24,000 nt of DNA from Frigoribacterium sp. SL97 (GTDB lineage: Bacteria > Actinomycetota > Actinomycetes > Actinomycetales > Microbacteriaceae): contig NZ_CP113062.1 in NCBI RefSeq assembly GCF_026625765.1, forward strand, positions 2,019,349 to 2,043,348, read 5' to 3'. Positions 19,829 through 24,000 of the stretch are shown piece after piece (position 1 is the first letter of the stretch; each line of letters begins with the position of its first letter). The notes below the pieces were generated by a model. That model saw nothing but the letters and a program-made list of their open reading frames with translations, was not told where the DNA came from and searched no databases. Both the position numbers and the translations under genes were made by a program.

Positions 19829-20004
19829 GGGCGCGGCCTCGCGGTGGGGTGGGCGGGGATCTGTGTCAGAGTCGTACGGTTCCCGGGCGACGGTCACGCG
19901 GCATGCGTAACCTCGACGGGGCCGACCAGAGGCGATCCTACGCCGCCGGGCACCACGCGTCGCCCGGCGTCGGCTCCACCCCGACCCCCGCACAAGGAGA
20001 CACC

Positions 20005-20904
20005 ATGGCCGTCGAGCACGACACGTCCGCCCGCTTCGGCGAGTACGCCCATCCCGAGCGTCTCGTCGGCACCGAGTGGCTGCAGCAGCACCTCGGCACC
20101 CCCGGGCTCGTCGTCGTCGAGTCCGACGAGGACGTCCTCCTGTACGAGACCGGCCACATCGCCGGCGCCGTCAAGATCGACTGGCACCTCGACCTCAACG
20201 ACCCGGTGCAGCGCGACTACGTCGACGGCGAGGGCTTCGCCGCGCTGATGAGCCGCAGCGGCATCACGCGCGACAGCACGGTCGTCATCTACGGCGACAA
20301 GAACAACTGGTGGGCCGCGTACGCGCTGTGGGTCTTCTCGCTCTTCGGGCACCAGGACGTCCGTCTGCTCGACGGCGGCCGCGCGAAGTGGGAGGCCGAG
20401 GGACGCGACTACACGACCGAGGCGCCCGAGGTCGAGGCCACCGACTACCCCGTCGTCGAGCGGGACGACAGCGTCATCCGCGCCTACAAGGACGACGTGC
20501 TGGCGCACCTCGGCAAACCCCTGATCGACGTGCGCTCGCCCGAGGAGTTCTCCGGCCAGCGCACCACGGCCCCGGCCTACCCCGACGAGGGCGCCCTGCG
20601 TGCCGGTCACATCCCGAGCGCCCAGAACGTGCCGTGGGGCAAGGCCGCGGCCGACGACGGCACCTTCCGGCCTCTCGCCGAACTCGACGCCATCTACCGC
20701 GACGGGGCGGGCCTCTCCGACGGCGACGAGGTCGTCGCCTACTGCCGCATCGGTGAGCGGTCGAGCCACACCTGGTTCGTCCTGACGCACCTGATGGGCT
20801 TCGAGGACGTGCGCAACTACGACGGCTCCTGGACCGAGTGGGGCAGCGCCGTGCGGGTCCCCATCGTGCAGGGCACCGAGCCGGGCGAGGTGCCGGCCCG
20901 GTGA
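20005..20904 (+). CDS. sseA: Thiosulfate/3-mercaptopyruvate sulfurtransferase (tandem rhodanese, SseA/CysA type)
   Basis: Track ORF 19849..20904 trimmed to ATG 20005 with AAGGAGA upstream, giving 299 aa. Two rhodanese domains are present. [10 protein letters not shown]...[14 protein letters not shown] is followed by the catalytic loop [15 protein letters not shown] (CRxGxR). Confidence 0.9.
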   Translation: MAVEHDTSARFGEYAHPERLVGTEWLQQHLGTPGLVVVESDEDVLLYETGHIAGAVKIDWHLDLNDPVQRDYVDGEGFAALMSRSGITRDSTVVIYGDKNNWWAAYALWVFSLFGHQDVRLLDGGRAKWEAEGRDYTTEAPEVEATDYPVVERDDSVIRAYKDDVLAHLGKPLIDVRSPEEFSGQRTTAPAYPDEGALRAGHIPSAQNVPWGKAAADDGTFRPLAELDAIYRDGAGLSDGDEVVAYCRIGERSSHTWFVLTHLMGFEDVRNYDGSWTEWGSAVRVPIVQGTEPGEVPAR

Positions 20905-21344
20905 CCGACGCGGCCCTGCCCGAGGCGCTCGTCGAGATCCGCGAGGAGTTCCTCGCCCTCGACGTGCGGAACCGTCTTCAGTTGTTGCTCGAGTTCTCGA
21001 ACGAGCTGCCCGAGCTGCCCGCCCGGTACGCCGACCATCCCGACCTGTTCGAACGGGTGGTCGAGTGCCAGTCCCCCGTGTTCCTGTTCGTCGAGGTCAC
21101 CGACGGTCGGGTGCACCTGCACGCGACGGCACCGCGCGAGGCGCCGACGACCCGGGGCTTCGCCTCGATCCTCGCCCAGGGGCTCGACGGACTGACCGTC
21201 GAGCAGGTGCTCGACGACGTCCCCGACGACTACCCGCAGACGATCGGCCTGACCGAGGCCGTGAGCCCGCTGCGCATCCGCGGCATGACCGCGCTGCTCG
21301 GCCGCGCCAAGCGTCAGATCCGCGAACGGACCGCCGTCGCGTGA
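20901..21344 (+). CDS. sufE: SufE-family sulfur acceptor protein
   Basis: The 147-aa product starts at GTG 20901, overlapping the sseA stop (GTGA). [15 protein letters not shown]...[12 protein letters not shown]...TRGFASIL...[12 protein letters not shown] shows the conserved Cys in ECQS and the SufE fold blocks. Confidence 0.85.
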   Translation: MTDAALPEALVEIREEFLALDVRNRLQLLLEFSNELPELPARYADHPDLFERVVECQSPVFLFVEVTDGRVHLHATAPREAPTTRGFASILAQGLDGLTVEQVLDDVPDDYPQTIGLTEAVSPLRIRGMTALLGRAKRQIRERTAVA

Positions 21345-22096
21345 CGCTCCGGGTGCTGCACGCCCTCGGACGTCCCGGCGACGTCGGGCTCGAGCTCGAG
21401 ATCGACGAGGACTCGACCCCCGCCCGGATCCGCGAGCTGTACGCCCCGCCGAGCGAGACGTGGCTGCGACTCAACCTGATCGCGGCGGTCAGCGGTGACG
21501 CCGCGGGGTCCGACGGCACCTCCGAGACGCTGAGCAACGCCACCGACCGCACGATCCTGGCCGCCATCCGCTCGCTCGCCGACGGTGTCCTCGTCGGTGC
21601 GGCGAGCGTGCGCGCCGAGGGCTACCGGGTGCCGAAGTCCTCGCGACTCGTCGTCGTCACGGCGTCGGGCGACCTCTCCGGCCACCGGATGGACCCGGCC
21701 GAAGCCGAGCGGGTCGTCGTGGTCTGCCCCGAATCCGCGCGGGCACGGGTCCGCGAGACCCTCGGTGAGGCGATCTGGGCGGCCGCCCGCGTGTTGTCGG
21801 CGACCGACGACGGCGGCCGGTTGGAGCCCGCCGCGATCCTGCGGTGCCTGCGCGAGCAGCGCCTCCGTTCGCTCGTCTGCGAGGGCGGTCCCTCGCTCGC
21901 CGGGCAGTTCCTCCGGGACGGCCTCGTCGACGAGCTGTGCCTGTCGACCTCGCCGGTCGTGATCGGCAGCGGCCTGCCCGTCTTCGGTCGCGAACGTTTC
22001 GACCCGGCGTCGCTCGTGCTCGGCCAACTGCTGGTCGACGAGCAGAGCACGCTCTACGCGCGGTGGTCGGTGGACGGTGGCCCCGCGAGTCGGTGA
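21341..22096 (+). CDS. RibD C-terminal-domain / dihydrofolate-reductase-family protein (pyrimidine reductase-like)
   Basis: The 251-aa product starts at GTG 21341, overlapping the sufE stop (GTGA). LRLNLIAAVSGDAAGSDGTSETLSNATDRTILAAIRSLADGVLVGAASVRAEGY...LVCEGGPSLAGQFLRDGLVDELCLSTSPVVIGSG matches RibD_C (PF01872-like) reductases. Confidence 0.8.
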   Translation: MTLRVLHALGRPGDVGLELEIDEDSTPARIRELYAPPSETWLRLNLIAAVSGDAAGSDGTSETLSNATDRTILAAIRSLADGVLVGAASVRAEGYRVPKSSRLVVVTASGDLSGHRMDPAEAERVVVVCPESARARVRETLGEAIWAAARVLSATDDGGRLEPAAILRCLREQRLRSLVCEGGPSLAGQFLRDGLVDELCLSTSPVVIGSGLPVFGRERFDPASLVLGQLLVDEQSTLYARWSVDGGPASR

Positions 22097-23298
22097 CGGT
22101 CGAGCCATCGACCGATCGCCCCCTCGAACCGCTCGGGGTCGAGGTTCCAGAGCTTGGTGTGCCGGGCGACGTCGAACACCTCGAAGGTGACGATGTCGGG
22201 CCGCGCCTCGGCCAGCGCGTGTGACGCGGTGGACGGCACGAAGCCGTCGTCGTCGCTGTGCAGCACCAGCACCGGGAGGTCGAGCTCGCCCGCGCGTGAG
22301 ACGAGGTCGAGCCGGTCGAAGTCGATGGGCTCGGCGCTGCCGGCCAGCCGGCAGAGCAGGGGCGATCCCAGGAGGCGCAGCACCAGACCCTGGACGACCC
22401 CCGGCACCCGCATGGCCGCGCCCTGGTAGGCGAGCGTCGTCCGCCAGTCGACGACGGGCGACTCGAGCACGAGACCCGAGACGGAGCCGCGCAGGGTGGA
22501 GCGGGTGGCGGCCTGCAGCACCAGCGCTCCACCCATGGACCAGCCCATCAGGACGACGGACCTCGCCCCGTGGTCGAGGGCGAACCGGATCGCCGCCTCG
22601 ACGTCGCGCCACTCGGAGTCGCCCAGCGCGTAACGGCCGTCGGGCGAACGGGGCGCCTCGCCGTCGTTGCGGTACGACACGAGGAGCGAGGTGAAGCCCT
22701 CTCGCCGGAAGACCGGTGCCGCACGGATCGTCTCGGCGCGCGTCACCCCGCGACCGTGAACCCCGATCATCCACGGGCCGTCGAGCCCGCCCTCGGCGGG
22801 GACCAGCCAGGCGGGGGCCGGACCGACCTCGGTGTCGACCACGACCTCGTCGGCCGTGAGGCCCGCGTCGTGCGGCGTCGGGTACAGCCAGCCGCCGATG
22901 CGACCCCGGTGGGCGCGCCGCAGGCCGGATGCCTCGACTCCTTCGACGCCCCCGACGCCGTCCTCGTGTTCGACCCGACGTTCGACGTACCGGCCGTCGT
23001 CGTGCACCACCTCGCCGATGCGGGCGTGCCCTCGGCCCCTGTCGTACCAGAAGCTGTAGCGACCGGGGAGGCGCGTGTCGGGCGTCGAACGCAGGGTGAT
23101 CGTCCCGGCCACGGCGTCGTGGGCCTCGATGCGCACGTCGTCGCGTCGCCTCCGGGCAGGGGTGACGATCTTCCGGGCCATGGCGACGATCCCCGAGACG
23201 AGGGCTGTGGACGACACCACCACGGTGCCCCCGACCGCGATCGAGACGACGGCGAGCGGGCCGACGCCCCGTCGACCGGTGGATGCGGGGCGGTTCAC
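22054..23298 (-). CDS. Membrane-anchored alpha/beta-fold hydrolase (serine hydrolase)
   Basis: The 414-aa product has an N-terminal TM (PLAVVSIAVGGTVVVSSTALVSGIVAMA) and the nucleophile elbow GWSMGG. Later blocks HSDDDGFVP and ARH are candidates for the Asp/His of the triad. GTG start at 23296-23298 with GAGGAG upstream. The 3' end overlaps the convergent RibD_C gene by 43 nt. Confidence 0.8.
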   Translation of the reverse strand: MNRPASTGRRGVGPLAVVSIAVGGTVVVSSTALVSGIVAMARKIVTPARRRRDDVRIEAHDAVAGTITLRSTPDTRLPGRYSFWYDRGRGHARIGEVVHDDGRYVERRVEHEDGVGGVEGVEASGLRRAHRGRIGGWLYPTPHDAGLTADEVVVDTEVGPAPAWLVPAEGGLDGPWMIGVHGRGVTRAETIRAAPVFRREGFTSLLVSYRNDGEAPRSPDGRYALGDSEWRDVEAAIRFALDHGARSVVLMGWSMGGALVLQAATRSTLRGSVSGLVLESPVVDWRTTLAYQGAAMRVPGVVQGLVLRLLGSPLLCRLAGSAEPIDFDRLDLVSRAGELDLPVLVLHSDDDGFVPSTASHALAEARPDIVTFEVFDVARHTKLWNLDPERFEGAIGRWLDRHRLAGPPSTDHRA

Positions 23299-23407
23299 GG
23301 GCGGCTCCTCGGACGGCGTGAGACGGAGCGGGGAGACCTGTGGATCTGCTGAGCCGGGCGCGGCGTGCCGCGGGGGTCGCCCTCGGGATCGACCCTAGTC
23401 TTCCAGG

Positions 23408-24000
23408 GTGTCCGAGATCCCCCCGACGTCGACCCGCCCGCCCGCGTTCGCCGCGGCCGTCGAGTCCGTCCACCGTGCCGCCGCGCGGGACGCCCTCGCC
23501 GTGACCGAGATCCCCGCTCCGAACGGCCTCGCCCCCCACGCCCTGGCCCTCGCCGGGGACGTCATCGGCGCGTCCGGTCGCCCGGACCCCGACCTCGGCA
23601 CCGGACGCTTCGTGCTGCTCTACGACGACGACGAACCCGAGGCGTGGGGCGGACCCTTCCGGGTCGTCAGCTTCGCGCAGGCGCCCCTCGAGACCGAGAT
23701 CGCCCTCGATCCGTTCGTGGCCGACGTCGCGTGGTCCTGGCTCGTCGACAGCCTCGACGCCCGCGGTGCCGTCTACGACCGGGCATCGGGCACCGCCACC
23801 AAGATCCTCTCGACCGGATACGGTGAGCTGGCCAACCACGGTGACGGGGCCCAGCTCGAACTCCGGGCGTCCTGGAGCCCCGCCACCACCGACCTGGCCC
23901 CGCACATCGAGGCCTGGAGCGAGCTGATCTGCACGCTCGCCGGCCTGCCCCCGACCGTCGAGGGCGTCACCCTCCTCGCCTCGAGGCGGGTCGGACGAGA
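23408..24000 (+). CDS. DUF3000-family conserved actinobacterial protein (3' end beyond window)
   Basis: It is not in the track because there is no stop in the window. Hand translation from GTG 23408 gives VSEIPPTSTRPPAFAAAVESVHRAAARDALAVTEIPAPNGLAPHALALAGDV...GRFVLLYDDDEPEAWGGPFRVVSFAQAPLETEIALDPFVADVAWSWLVDSLDARGA...GTATKILSTGYGEL. This resembles DUF3000 proteins as I remember them. Track ORF 23365..23826(+) is a different, R/P-rich frame. Confidence 0.6.
   Translation, partial: MSEIPPTSTRPPAFAAAVESVHRAAARDALAVTEIPAPNGLAPHALALAGDVIGASGRPDPDLGTGRFVLLYDDDEPEAWGGPFRVVSFAQAPLETEIALDPFVADVAWSWLVDSLDARGAVYDRASGTATKILSTGYGELANHGDGAQLELRASWSPATTDLAPHIEAWSELICTLAGLPPTVEGVTLLASRRVGR

Noticed and set aside
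18812-23298. A P-loop ATPase (ZapE) plus a nearby membrane hydrolase considered as a possible defence-like or novel ATPase-effector system.
   Set aside because: ZapE/AFG1 is a conserved housekeeping family. The two genes are separated by an unrelated, oppositely oriented three-gene operon, and the whole block resembles conserved actinobacterial core synteny. There is no nuclease, methylase, TIR, SIR2 or similar effector domain.
21314-23905. An 863-aa minus-strand ORF, the longest in the track.
   Set aside because: It spans the RibD_C gene, the hydrolase (in a different frame) and the DUF3000 gene. The translation is an Arg/Gly/Pro-rich string with no domain-like blocks. The real minus-strand gene here is 22054..23298 in another frame.

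Overview
This is a very GC-rich actinobacterial chromosome segment; third codon positions are almost all G/C. Gene content and order look like core genome of a Micrococcales/Microbacteriaceae-type organism, though that taxon is a guess from protein style and synteny. I support 21 protein-coding genes and 4 tRNAs. On the minus strand sits a compact string yebC<pdxT<pdxS<HIT<thrS, followed by sufU<sufS. A MetE-C-terminal-like Zn methyltransferase lies on the plus strand. Next comes a polar-amino-acid (cystine-type) ABC transporter with ATPase, permease and lipoprotein SBP. A TANGO2/NRDE-family gene lies head-to-head with coaBC, and coaBC is ATGA-coupled to a membrane Ser/Thr kinase. A lower-GC tRNA cluster follows, with Gly-Cys-Val on the minus strand and a divergent Val on the plus strand. 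The remainder is a GH13 alpha-glucosidase, an orphan amt, zapE, a GTGA-coupled sseA-sufE-RibD_C trio, a membrane-anchored alpha/beta hydrolase and a partial DUF3000 gene. Many track ORFs are antisense or alternative-frame artefacts of high GC, or carry false N-terminal extensions, which I trimmed. I see no transposase, integrase, phage genes, CRISPR, toxin-antitoxin or recognisable defence genes. I therefore cannot honestly claim a new multi-gene system; this reads as an ordinary housekeeping region. The leads most worth following are: (1) the TANGO2/NRDE-coaBC-kinase arrangement, with coaBC outside its canonical gmk-rpoZ-coaBC-metK context; (2) a perfect 18-bp CTAG-rich palindrome 5 nt after tRNA-Cys; (3) a rhodanese-SufE-pyrimidine-reductase-like translationally coupled operon; (4) GlnR-like boxes upstream of an amt gene lacking glnK; (5) a loose cysteine/sulfur theme across roughly 16 kb. 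All functional calls rest on my reading of the translations and remembered family motifs, because no searches were run.
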